From: Camelus dromedarius
Lineage: Eukaryota
Length of the DNA: 64,000 bases
Reading direction: 5' to 3'
Assembly: GCF_036321535.1 (NCBI RefSeq)
Contig: NC_087437.1
Span: 54,934,001-54,998,000 of the forward strand
The position numbers and the translations under genes are program-made. The notes under the pieces were generated by a model. It had not been told where the DNA came from. It was given only the letters and a program-made list of their open reading frames with translations, and did not search any database. Numbering within the stretch: position 1 is the stretch's first letter; each line of letters starts with the position of its first letter. Shown piece after piece: positions 1-11,770 of the stretch.

Positions 1-477
1 ATGGCACATGACACCCAGTCTCCATCTGATCGCCTTGCTGTCTCCTGTGGGTTGGGCTTTTCCTTTGGAAGTTAGAACTGAGTAAACCTCAACCTATAAG
101 CTTCTAAATTTGCCGTAGCCATGCTGGTATGAAGCACCCTTCAACGTGAAAAATACGTTGCTTCAAAGGGACTGCTCCAACTTGTTGAAAGAGAAATTTC
201 CATTTGTTTCCCAATTTTACCTCTAGTTTTTTTAATGTCCCCCAAAATGTTCCAAGTTTCTTTAACCTACAAGTTGGAAGTGAGAGGTTGGCCTAATTTC
301 TGTGTTCCCTTCAAGCACAAGCAATAGCACATTTTAAAAGATGATAAATAACGGTGTGAAATATAGATGGGTTCTATAAATACTCACCGAAGTCCCTGTA
401 GTCAGAGCCAGGTGGAATAAGAGAATAGTCACAGCCTGCTTCTCTCCTTCCATGTCACCCTCCCTCTTCTCCAGGGA

Positions 478-665
478 GTTTCGTGGTCAAGAGCACAAGC
501 ACTGGAGCCGGCCAGACCAGGATCTGAGTCATGGCTTTTCCTGTCCCACCTGCAAGACTTCAGACAATCTACTCAGCTTCCCTGGGCCTCTGTTATCCTC
601 ATGTGTAGAAAGAGGTCTGATGATACCCTATGTAATTTGTAGAACATTCATTTAGTACAATGCCT
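478..665 (+). mobile_element. MIR SINE
   Basis: gtggtcaagagcacaagcactggagcc...ctgggcctctgttatcctcatgtgtagaa resembles the MIR head and core. Confidence 0.7.
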
Positions 666-2339
666 TCACCTTTTTGGTTGGTAATTATGGTTACCTCTTA
701 TCGCTGTGTTTATCTTCATCCAACATCCTTTTTTTAATTTTTTTTTTAAGGATATGTCTAGCCACGTCTTCTCCATAGAGGAGAAACAGTGTTCCTATGT
801 CTGACGACAGTTCACGCTGCTGGGCCGTGGGGCATTTAGCGTTTCTGATTGTACCCTCCCCTCTCTAATCCAAGTGCTGACTGACGCCATGCCTGCCACC
901 TTGAGCCTGCTCAGTAAATACGATCTGGATAAACAAATTTCAACTTTTAGTTATGAGAGCAACATAAAACATAGCCGAAGTTTAGAAAACAGAGAAGAGA
1001 AAACAGACACCCAGAATGCAGCACTTACAGTAGCACACGGGGGTAGCAGGCACGGCCACAAACTGTCGTCGTGTTTGAATCCTGGCCGCAATGCCTGAGC
1101 TCTCTACATACAATCCAGGGCTTCAGTGTCTCCACCGCTGAGCAAGGGCAGTAGGAGGAACTGCCTAAGCAGGGGAGTGAGGGATGAGGTGCATTGAAGC
1201 ATCGATTTATTGACTGGCTTAAAGAATCTTTGCTGTGTTGTTGATGAAGAGGAGGAGGATAAAGAGAATTTGTGTGTTTCCTTTATGCTTGTTCTGTTCG
1301 CAAATTACTTGAGTAATTTTACTTCTCTTTCCCCCTTTCTTTGCCACAAGGAACATATGCGTTAGGAGATTGAGGAATATCCCCACTGGAGGGGACCAGA
1401 CCCAGAGAGGAGAAATTACTATCTAAATTGCACTCAGCACGTTGATGACAAAGTGGGATCTAAAACTCGTCACCACCAGGCTGCTCTGTCCTTGCTTCCT
1501 ATTTATATTTCTTAGTTGGGGTGAGTAACTCTTGACTCCTAGTTACTATCTGAGACTGCAGATTGAGCTCCAGAGACAGTAAAGCACACTGAGGTTTTCC
1601 AATCTGGTTTTTATGGTGATGTGGACGTTGTATGACAGTGTTTCACATCCATGGTTTAGGACAGAGATACCAAGGGGCAAATGGAGGGGATTCCTGAAAA
1701 TGTACAACCAAGCTTTATATAAAGACAGAACATCCCTCTATGGAACCTGGAAAACAAGCAAGTAAATAAATAAACAGCTTCCCTCATGATTCTCATCTCT
1801 GCTGGGTCGGCACAGCCCTGGCAGCAAAACCCCAGGGCACCCATGTTTCTCTGTCCTGACCTTCCTCTAAGCACTGAGCTGTTAGCATCAGAAACAATCA
1901 CAGCCACCTCGATGCTCATTTTCTTCAGCCTCTCACTAAAGCAATTTTTTTTTTAAAGATCAGCCAAAAGCAAACATTTCAGGGAGTAGTGTTGGCCTGA
2001 GTTTGGAGGCTTGTAAGCTGAGTCCGTAACATGAAGCGTCGTCAGAAAGGTCGAGGCCCTGCTGAATGGCCCCGGTCAGTCACTGCAATGCATCTCTTGA
2101 TTAGAAAAAGAACACAGCCAGTAATAACTTGCTTTCTGCCTATTACTGAGGGTAGAACGACAGAGATGGTGAAACATACAGAGTTTGATGATGTTCGTGG
2201 TGGTGTGATAACAATAACCCTTTGTGGGTTTGTGGCACTTAATTATATCAAACCTACGTCTTTCTTATTCGAGTGGCACTTTTGAGCCCATCCTTCCGGG
2301 TCTCAATCTCCAGTTACTAGAACTTGGGGGGCAGTTTGT

Positions 2340-2500
2340 AGAGTCAGTGTGGCTGAGCACAAATCCAGCTCCGTGACTTGCAGCCAGCCCTGTCGGTTCT
2401 CTGTGTCTGTTTCCTCATCTGTCAAGTGAGGTAGCCACAGTACTCTTGTCCCTGGATTATTTCAAAGGTTCAAGGAGATAAATCAGGTACAGAGTGGTGA
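2340..2500 (+). mobile_element. MIR SINE
   Basis: tctctgtgtctgtttcctcatctgtcaagtgagg is a MIR core. Confidence 0.65.
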
Positions 2501-3495
2501 CTCCATGGGTGTTACTGTTGTAATCCCCAGGCATTGCATCAGGTCTTGGGTCAAGAAAATTCTCACCAAAAGAAGTAGTTCTTTCTGAAAGGCATGTGTG
2601 TCCTTAAGAAACAACAAATAAGACAAAAAGAGAAGGGAGAGATTGAGGCTAGCTTGGCTAGGACTCTGGGCTCACCTGTAACAAGAAGTGGCTCAAGGAG
2701 TCTGCGTCACGTGAGGAGAAACAGCCTTTGTTAAGTCGAGGAAAAGGAGACCGGCCCAGGGACGGCACCAGCACAGCCAGCAGACTCCTCTGTGGACCAC
2801 ATCTGTTCGTGCCAGCTGTTGTCAGTCTGTGTAGGCTCGCCGAGAATAACAGCCCTGATTTTCGCTTTATAGCAGCTTCCATCTCGGGATCTCAGAGTGC
2901 TGCCTCAATGCAGATGAGGGCTCCCAAAGTTCTGCCAAGAACAAACATACTTTGTAGGGCATCGAGGATGCATCACTGTTCTGAGTGACTCTTTCCTAGT
3001 GGGAAAAGAACTGTCTCGTTTCAAAGTAACCCTACTTTCCTGATCTGAGCCCTTCTTCTTGATTCTGCCTCTCATTTTCCTTGGTGACCTGGGACAACTC
3101 AGTTCCCCTCCTTGACTCTCAGTTTCCTCATTATAAATGAAGGGATTCCTCTACCACTAAATGATCTCCAATATGTCTTTTGTTTTTGAAATGCTCGGAG
3201 AGTGCAAAGGATCTACAGTTACCTCCCAAATAGACGATGGGTTAGCACATGTTGGTGGAGCCCAAGTTTTTGCAGAACAGAATATTTCATAGTATTTTAT
3301 TCATGCCTATGCTGTAACCCAGCAAGGAAAAAAAAAAAAGATTACTTCGGTCACTAGGAAGTGGTAGTATCTTTTAGCTTTTAATATTAGAGTATTAGTG
3401 TCCCTTTACGTGACTTTCCCTCTGCCCACCTCTAGCACGGTGCTATATATTATTTCCTTTTACCCTTTTAAGATTTAGCATTTTCCCTCCAGCTC

Positions 3496-3534
3496 ATATG
3501 GATATGGATATGGATATGGATATGGATATGGATA
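3496..3534. repeat. (ATATGG)6 hexanucleotide microsatellite
   Basis: Six perfect ATATGG units followed by ATA. Confidence 0.95.
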
Positions 3535-3849
3535 AAGGAAGCAGTCTTTTGAAGAGAAGTTCTAATTCTCTTGCTGAATCATGAGTGAGGACATCAAAAA
3601 TGGCCATGTCGCTCTCAGTCTTGTCTGTGTCAATTCTGTTGACCTGTGTCAGAATTACCCAGGGTGTTTGTTGTTTTCTTGGTTGCCATGTTTCTACACA
3701 GGTGAAATCATGTCATAAAATGTAGTACTGGTCCCTACGGAAGTTTCCTTTGATAGCTCAAGATTTATCATACAGGGTTAAATTCTCCTAAACATAAGGA
3801 GATAAGTCATAAAATTCCACTGAAAAAAAGGTAAGTGGGCTGAGATGCT

Positions 3850-4060
3850 GAGGCAGTTTGTGTGACGGTTAAGCTTGCACTTTCTAGAGCTGACGACTAG
3901 ATTCAAACTCCAAGTTCCCAGCTACTGGCAAGGTGATCTCTGTGCCTCCGTTTTCTCATTTGTAAAATCAGACTGTGCAATCGGATGGGGTTGCTGTGGT
4001 GATGAAGTGAGTTAACGTAACATTTTGAACATTGTCTGGCCCCTGCTAAACCCTCAGTCT
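3850..4060 (+). mobile_element. MIR SINE
   Basis: tctctgtgcctccgttttctcatttgtaaaat...gttgctgtggtgatgaagtgagttaa. Confidence 0.75.
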
Positions 4061-7000
4061 GCCTTAGTTTTCAGTCTCATAAACCAGAGCTCAATCAATA
4101 AATTAAACACCTGTGTGTTTCTACCTTTCAGAGTGTAGGGAAAGGGATAGTCCTTCAATAGAATCACTGTTGTTTGAATCAAGGTTGCTACTCAGTTAGA
4201 AATATTAAATGCTTTTGGCCTTTAGAGTCAGTATCAGAGCACGCGCTTTCTTCCCCTCTGCCGCAGTGCCGATGAACAACACTGAGTCATTCATGTTCCC
4301 TCATCCACCTTCCTGCCACATTTGAAAGGCCTCCGTAGCTCAGATTTGACAGACTGATTGTGAGCATTTAGTACAGGTCATGAGCCCCTATTAAATATTA
4401 GCACATGCTACGTACCATCTCAGGTATGACTCACATGGCCCTGGAATGGAAGCACCCCCCCTCCCCTGCCTGCCCCCGACCCCATTTACTGATGGAGACA
4501 TTTATGCTAAGACAAGTTTTAAAAAACTTGTGAAATGTTATGCAAAACAAGTCATATAACTTGGCATTTGAACCAGCTTTTTTTCGCTTCCGAAGCCCAC
4601 ACTTTCTCCATTACACCACAATCAGTGTTTCTGAAAGTAAATGGGACCACATTGGTCTCCAACCTCTGGTGTAATTAGCATCATGCTTTAATCAGTGAGG
4701 TTGACTGTCTTGATTAACCTTTATGACAAATCATGTAAGTTTCATATTTCTAAATGAATATATAGAGGCAGCTGGAAATTAGTGGAAAAACACTGAGCTT
4801 GGATCGGAAGACTCATGTTTTAACTCCTGGCTCTGCCACTGCCTATGGGTGTGATTTCCACAAAGCTACTTAACATCGTCACTTAACAAACAACTAACTT
4901 GCTTTGTCTCTTTGTACAAAAAACACATTCCTGCTTTGGAAAGTATTCAGTGAAATGTAGTGTGAGTGTTGCACACACACTTGTGGCCTGTAGAGGAGCA
5001 TGGGAATGTGAAGGCTTTTCTTCCTTTCCTTCAAGTCCTGAGTCACCCTGCCCTTATCCCACCAGCATGCTTTTGATAGGCTCCAGCCTACTGTCTAAAT
5101 CTGTATCATCCATTGATGTTGATCATGTGGTGTCTATCACAGGATAACAAATCTTTAGGGATAAGTAAATGTTCTTAATCAGTGCAGGCAGTAAGTGACC
5201 GACGTAGTCCATCTCCTTATTCGTGGGGTCAGTCCTAGCGACCCAACTTTAGGGTTTAGGCAACTAATACTTAGTAAAAGGAAGCATCTTGCCCTGAGTC
5301 GCACAGTTTTAATTAGTGGATGTAGGGTTTAAACCCAAGCAGGTAGCCCCGAGAGCCTACACTCTGAGCCACGTTGATTACTGTCAACGATCAGTTTTCA
5401 TTCTTTATTTCTCCCCCTACATGGGGAGAAATACCTTGATTTCTTCACTGGATTATAAATTCCTTGAACTGGAATTTTAGTTCCAGTAGTTGGGGTATTG
5501 AATATATCTCATTAACTTGTTGATTGCCATAATACCTAATTTCTAGTGCTTGTGGCTGATTTAACGTAGGCGCCACCAAGGCCACAGTTTTCCACACTGT
5601 TCCAATACCCGGGAGCAAGGACTTTCGACGCCTTCCTCTTCTGTCTCCAGAAGCTTGTCTTCCCACCGTGTTGGGCTACTTTGATTTGATCTTCACAGGT
5701 CAAACAAAAAACCTTTTCTCCGTTATTCCCACGGAGACGCTGCCTGCCTCCCCACCGAGGAGCAGAAATCCAGTGTGATCAGCGCATCTGTCAGAGGGCG
5801 GACTTGTTTGCTGCGGGTGGCATTGTTACTGAACAAAACACATGCCCTTTCTTAGCATCCAAAGTGCCTTGGATCGCTGAGCAAGAACCTTTCTGACTCA
5901 AATGAAAACCACCTCGTGTTAGGTGAAATATGGGGAGTTAACCATTTGTTTGCCGGCGTGCATTTCCCACGAAAATCTCAAAAACAGAAATTTACCTCAG
6001 CCATGGAAAGTGATGTGCCAAGCGTCATATTTGCATATTAAAACCGAAAACTGATTTGCATGTTATTTCAGTGTCTTGTGTCACGTTCAGGCATCTGTCA
6101 AGCCCACTTAGATAGAAACAGCTTGTATAGTAGGAAAGTGTTTCTGTGCATATCAGACTGAAAAATCTAGGTGTCTGTATTTTTTTGGACAAATTGTCCC
6201 CACTTTAGGTTGTTCATTTTCTTCTGGCTTCGTGTCTGAAAATACTAAAGAAAAGACTGAAATCCTATGTTTTATATAGTTGTTATTTTCTAAGAGCCAT
6301 TCATGTTTTATTATATTCTATTTAGACAATTTAAAAATTGAAAAGAAAAAAATTAATTTGCTCGTACGTCCATGGTCCTAACATGAGCTCTTAACATTTT
6401 GGTATATTTCCTTCTAGTATCTGGCTTTTTATACCTCCACAGACGTACACACCAGCTCTCTTACATATGTACTTATATACACTTGTAGTTATCAACTAGT
6501 ATTATTTTAATGTCCTCCTGGTTTTTACATAATAACCAGAATTATGAGACGATCAAAATATCTAACAATAAGGAATTGGTAAAACCTCATTTTGAACCCA
6601 GTGAATTAGAGCCACGGTGGGGGCTAGAGCCCTGGTAGACAAATGTGAGGATGTCTGGTTGAGGATAGCTTTTCCACAGGACAAAATATGGAAAGCAGTG
6701 CAGTGTGGTAACACCTTTCTTCCCAATGTTGGTGCAACTGTCCTTTTGCATCATTCCAGGCAACCGAACAAAGATGTCTTCTCAGCGGAAGTCGCTGCCA
6801 AGTACTAGTAGGGCATAGCCAAGACCAAGACCTGGGTTTAGTTTGAAAACACAGCCATGAACATTTCATCCCATTCATCAAACTTTTGTGTCTTGAGCCT
6901 TGCTGAGGTGAAGGCTGCCAATGGAAATAATGTCTTATCATCATCTTGCCTTTGTTATATCAAATCCCTTGTGCATAACACACATAAAGCCTAATTAATG

Positions 7001-10000
7001 GCGGAAAGAAACGCATGTAGGTTTTAGCTGTAGTGTGATGGAAACAGCTTCTTTTAGCCTTGTGTAGGAATCATGTAAGGTGGTATATAGGACGGGAGCA
7101 AATTGATAGAGATCTTATCACCTGCCACAGAGGCCACTGGCTTTCTCCTTTTAGGAGGGTTTGCCTTCTTAAAGTGTGGCGACCACGGAGAATATGGGAA
7201 TATGGAGAGGAGTAGCCGTGAACTGAGAACTTGGATGTAGGCTGGCGAGAGATCTTTGCTCTGGCTTCTCCCTGACCCTGAGGATCTGGGGCTCCTTCTT
7301 CTCACCTTCCCTACCTGCCTCCCAGGTGGGAGAGCACCTGCAGTTGTGCCTTTTTTTGCCTGGAGCTCATCTAGGCAGGAGCGCATAAGGGAGGCTGCTT
7401 CGCTCTGAATAACCAAACATGAGCTCTGCTTCACCATTCATCTTTGGCGCCAAAGGCTACGGCGTAGAGAGTATAGTGATTTGAGGAGCCAGCAAAGCAC
7501 ATATTCCCCAAATGTCATGCATTTGAAGGTTTGTAGTTAAAAGAACTTAGAGTAATTACATCTCTTTTACAAAAATTGTAATTTTACAATTAATGTGAAA
7601 TTCAAATAGATTAGACTGAAGTACCAGATCAGCAAATAGAAGAGTGGAGATTTACTGGAGAGACACTATCACTCTGCAGACATGCCACTTCCAAGAAGAA
7701 AATCATCTTTGTTGGTGGTTTGTAAGATGTCCTGCCTGGTGATTGTAACTGTCATTTATTTGATGTTTGATATTTTACAAAGATTCTTCCTATGAATTAG
7801 ATATTATTATCTTCCAGTTATAGATGAGATAAACAGTAAAAGAGAATCAAGCCCTCAGGGAACTGAGATGGCACCTAGACATCAGGCTTAGGAACAAGCC
7901 TGGTCCAGGCCGGGGCACTCTTGAGGCTTCCCTGATGCTTGGGGACTGAGAGTGGTGGGTGCGGAGGGAGGCACTTTCTCTCAGCTCAGCCCGCATCACC
8001 ATCACGCCCTGGTGTGCAGACACCACCTCCTCTTGGTGGGCACCCATACTTCCCTGGCTGCAGTGACGTCCTGCAGCTGCACCATGTCACAATTCAGAAT
8101 CATCAGTCCTTGGCTATGACTCCACATCTGGCCTGAGAGAAGTGATTTAGGGGCATCAGTGCATGGCATAAGAAAACGAATATGAAAAAGAAGTTGTGAA
8201 AAATCAAGCTTTTGAAAGTTGAAGACTAACTGGAATGGATTTCCAAGCTAGAATCAAATTTTAACGTCACATTTTCTGGGTGGTCTTCGTTGTGCCCATA
8301 CCATTCATTCTCCAAGAAAAGGGACCTTAGCAGTAGAAGAACTAAGAGCATGGCTTTCTGCTCCCATGAACCTGGGAGAGGAATGTTCATTTGTGGGTTT
8401 CTGATTGTTAATAGGTGGTTCTCCTCCGCGCTTCCTTGTCTGTGACTCATTGCTTTACACATGAAGTGGGCCGGGTGTCCAGCAAATCTTCTGCCCTTGG
8501 CCTGAGGTGGGGCTCCTTCCACTACCCAGTGAGACGTTATGCGTAGAAGGTGATAATTCAGTTAGAGTCAGAAAGTAGAAGCAGCCTCAGGAAGTTGCAG
8601 ACTCCAAACTTGACACAGTTAAATAGGGGGAGAAAAAAAAGAACGAAAATATCAGAAATACATTTTTTCTGGCAGGCTTTCAGCTCCAAAATGGGGCTAA
8701 TTCTACCTTTTGAAAGAAGATAATTTCAATGTTTCTTTTTTTTCAAGAACACATAATTGAAGTTATTTTCCCTCTGAGAGAAGGAACCTCTTGTACATCA
8801 TTGCAAATGGACAAGAAAAATGAGCAGCTCTGGTACCCAGAGTGATAGAGTATTCATTATCATGTAATCTCTCTGAATATCTTGGCTGCCTTTTCCTGGT
8901 GTTTTATCTGCCTGGGCGGTGCTTTTCTGGTAAGGTTCAGATCCGCACTAAGTCCAAGTTACCTAGCACTATGCAGCTAGGAAATCAACCGGGGATAAGG
9001 ACTCCGGGAGAAAAATGAGCTACGCTGAGGTCAGGAGCAGAGTCACCCAGGAGGCTGATGTGATGACAGGTTGGGCAACCATTTTGTAAAATGGAGCCTT
9101 AGCACACACATTTCCATAGTTAAACTGGTGGTGGCAAAGATTCCAGGTGGGGGGGGTGTTCTCCTGGGGGTCTTCGCTGTTTGCGTCTTTCATGCAGGCT
9201 GTTTACCACGCTGCCTTTTCTCTTTAGGAGGGACGGAATTCTCCTTTCTCCAGCCACAGAGGGGCAGTGGTAGGGAAGGGCGGTTAACCTTTGTGTGTTC
9301 TTGACTTCATGCCCCACATGTAGTGACAGTTCAGTGGGCTGCAGAAAACCTGTGACCTGCCCGCTGCTTACTCAGACTCGGAGTGCTGAATGAGGTTCTA
9401 GATTGTTTCAGGGGGTGCTGACAAGTGGTTTAAGTTCTCCTGTAAATGGAAATCTCTGTAATAATGAGGTTTCCACTTACTCAGTGTGTGTCTGTTTTTA
9501 TAAACTACAAAGTATTCATAAATATGAGTATCTGTGATTTCACTATAAATATCTGTAATGATATGTGTCTTGCATATTATGGGCACAAAAATATGATAGA
9601 GTAGAATCAAAGGAATCTTTGAAAACACTATTTTACACATAAAGATACCGAGGCTCAGGGAATAGAAATGATTTGATCACAATTACTGGACAAGTTAAAA
9701 GCAGAACTAAGATCAGAGAGATGAAACAGCCTCTTGTAGGTACCTAGGGGTTCGGATGTAGGAATTCACACAGCACTTCCAATACATGACAGGTATTGTT
9801 ATTTGTGTCCTTCTTAATCGGGTGGAGTGCTCTCGCTCACCAAGCAGATTCTGTCCGTGTGCATTTCGTTTGCAGGGACCGTCCTCACTTTGGTGCAGTC
9901 TCGCCCGTAACCTTTACCAGGGCCCTAGGCCCAAAGTTGGCTGCAGTACTCATAGTAAGCCTCCCCTACAATGATAATCAGTTGGGTCCCTATCAAGAAA

Positions 10001-10069
10001 AGAACCATGGCAGAGAGAAGCTATTGTAGATACCAGGACATTTGTTTCCTGACACTTTCATGTCAGAGG

Positions 10070-10071
10070 AA

Positions 10072-10130
<59 letters not shown>

Positions 10131-10152
10131 ATATATAAATATATATATATAT
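10070..10152. repeat. A11 + (TA)n microsatellite
   Basis: An A-run followed by about 23 perfect TA units and a degenerate TA tail. Confidence 0.95.
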
Positions 10153-10614
10153 TTCACATCTGAGGAAAAATCTTCATTGTAGAGAAGGGAAAATATTTTT
10201 TAAAAAAGAATTTAAACCACTGTCACATCACTATCACTTTCAACCATTAATCTCTGAGCGTATTTCTTCCCAGGCTCCTTTCAGTAAGAGAGACAGGCCA
10301 GCTGGTCAGTGGACGGCTCGCCTCCACGGCGTAAGCTCCTTCTTTCCTGTGCCGCCTGTGGCTGCATCTAGCTCCAGGGGAGGATGGAAAATGTACTCCA
10401 GCTATGTGTTCAGAAGAGGGAAGAAACAAATTTTGGCAAGCAGTTAGCAGTCTCTGCCTCACTTAGTAAACATCAGTCCTTTTAAAGCATATTAGCCATT
10501 AAATTGCTCAGATACCGTGACGTCTGGTTGCATTTTTTAAGGCATCATTGGCTTTGGTGTTGAGATGTTTGCCAGCAGTCATATTTCAGAAGCATGACTT
10601 TAGTAAAGTCAGCC

Positions 10615-10815
10615 CACCATGTTTAAATCTCCTAATGATTCTCTGTTGCCTAAAACAGTCCTGACTTTGACCACAGCTCATTTCTCTAGCCTCATCCTAG
10701 CTCCATTCCTCCTGTTTCTTCACATATTTGCTAACCCACCTGTTCTTTTATACATAATGTTCTTGGAATGGCTTTTCTTTCTTTCTTCTTTTCTTTCTTC
10801 TTTTCTTTCTTCTTT

Positions 10816-10876
<61 letters not shown>

Positions 10877-11200
10877 TTTTCTTTCTTTCTCTCTCTCTTT
10901 CTTTCTTTCTTTCTCTCTTTCTTTCTTTCTTTCTTTCTCTTTCTCTCTCTTTCTCTCTTTCCTTTCTTCTGGTGAAATCCAGTCTATCCTTTAGTATCAC
11001 GCTAAGAGGTCACCTCCTTTCTGTTCGTTTCTCCCATCACAGAACCCTGAATCATACCTGTGTTTTAGTATGTGCACTTTGTTGTAATTGTCTGTTTTCG
11101 TATCTCTTTCTTCCTAAGCTGAGTAGTCGGGAGCAGGAATCCTGAATAATTTGACGTTATAATGGTATTGCTTAGTACTTGGCATTTCCTAAGGAAAGGT
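10615..11200 (+). mobile_element. L2 LINE 3' fragment interrupted by a (CTTT)n expansion
   Basis: L2-like sequence on both sides of the microsatellite (...tcttggaatggc | ctggtgaaatccagtctatcctttag...gtcacctcc...). Confidence 0.6.
10772..10970. repeat. Compound (CTTT)n/(CT)n polypyrimidine microsatellite, ~200 bp
   Basis: Pure C/T tract; it produces the spurious FLSF and KERK ORFs. Confidence 0.97.
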
Positions 11201-11539
11201 ATGTTAAGAGAATTTTGAAGGAGTTCTCTGAAATTTATTTCTCAATAACTGACCTGTGGGTCATATAATGTTTTTTGCCTTTAGTAGGGGTCAGGTATTT
11301 CAAAGAACACACATATTAGTGATTAATACTGATACTTATAAGAATGTCTTATTCTTAGAAAAGGCTAGAGGCTTTGTTTTTATTTGTTTTGCAGTGCTTT
11401 TGTTTCACTATTTAGCAGTAAGCCTCCGCTCTGAGAAAAAAAAATATTTGCATAGATAATATGGTCAGTAGATTAAAATCCAAATTACTACAGAATAATT
11501 GAGCTAGTGGGCTTGGAGGCAATAGCATGGGAACCTGGA

Positions 11540-11770
11540 GAGGCATCGAAGTGGAGCAGAAACACGCCCAACTCAGCACACCTGGTCTCAGTCAGGGCTC
11601 CGCCGTCCTTCAGGGCTGGGACTTCACACAGAGTGGCTCCTCATCTTCTCTGAGCCTCAGTTTCCTCATCCATAAAATAAGAGTATATATTGTCCAGGGC
11701 TGTTGTATAAATATTCGTGATAGCACATATATGGAAGCTGGCACCTTGAAAAGGGTCATATAGATACAAG
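11540..11770 (+). mobile_element. MIR SINE
   Basis: ctctgagcctcagtttcctcatccataaaat is a canonical MIR core. Confidence 0.8.

Noticed and set aside
7054..7437. Longer anonymous ORFs (127 aa here; also 59151..59537, 62016..62390 and 62501..62923)
   Set aside because: No recognisable domain, several overlap repeats, and such lengths are expected by chance in six frames of 64 kb.
10619..11145. ORFs of 89-125 aa with FLSF or KERK repeats
   Set aside because: Read-through of the (CTTT)n microsatellite.
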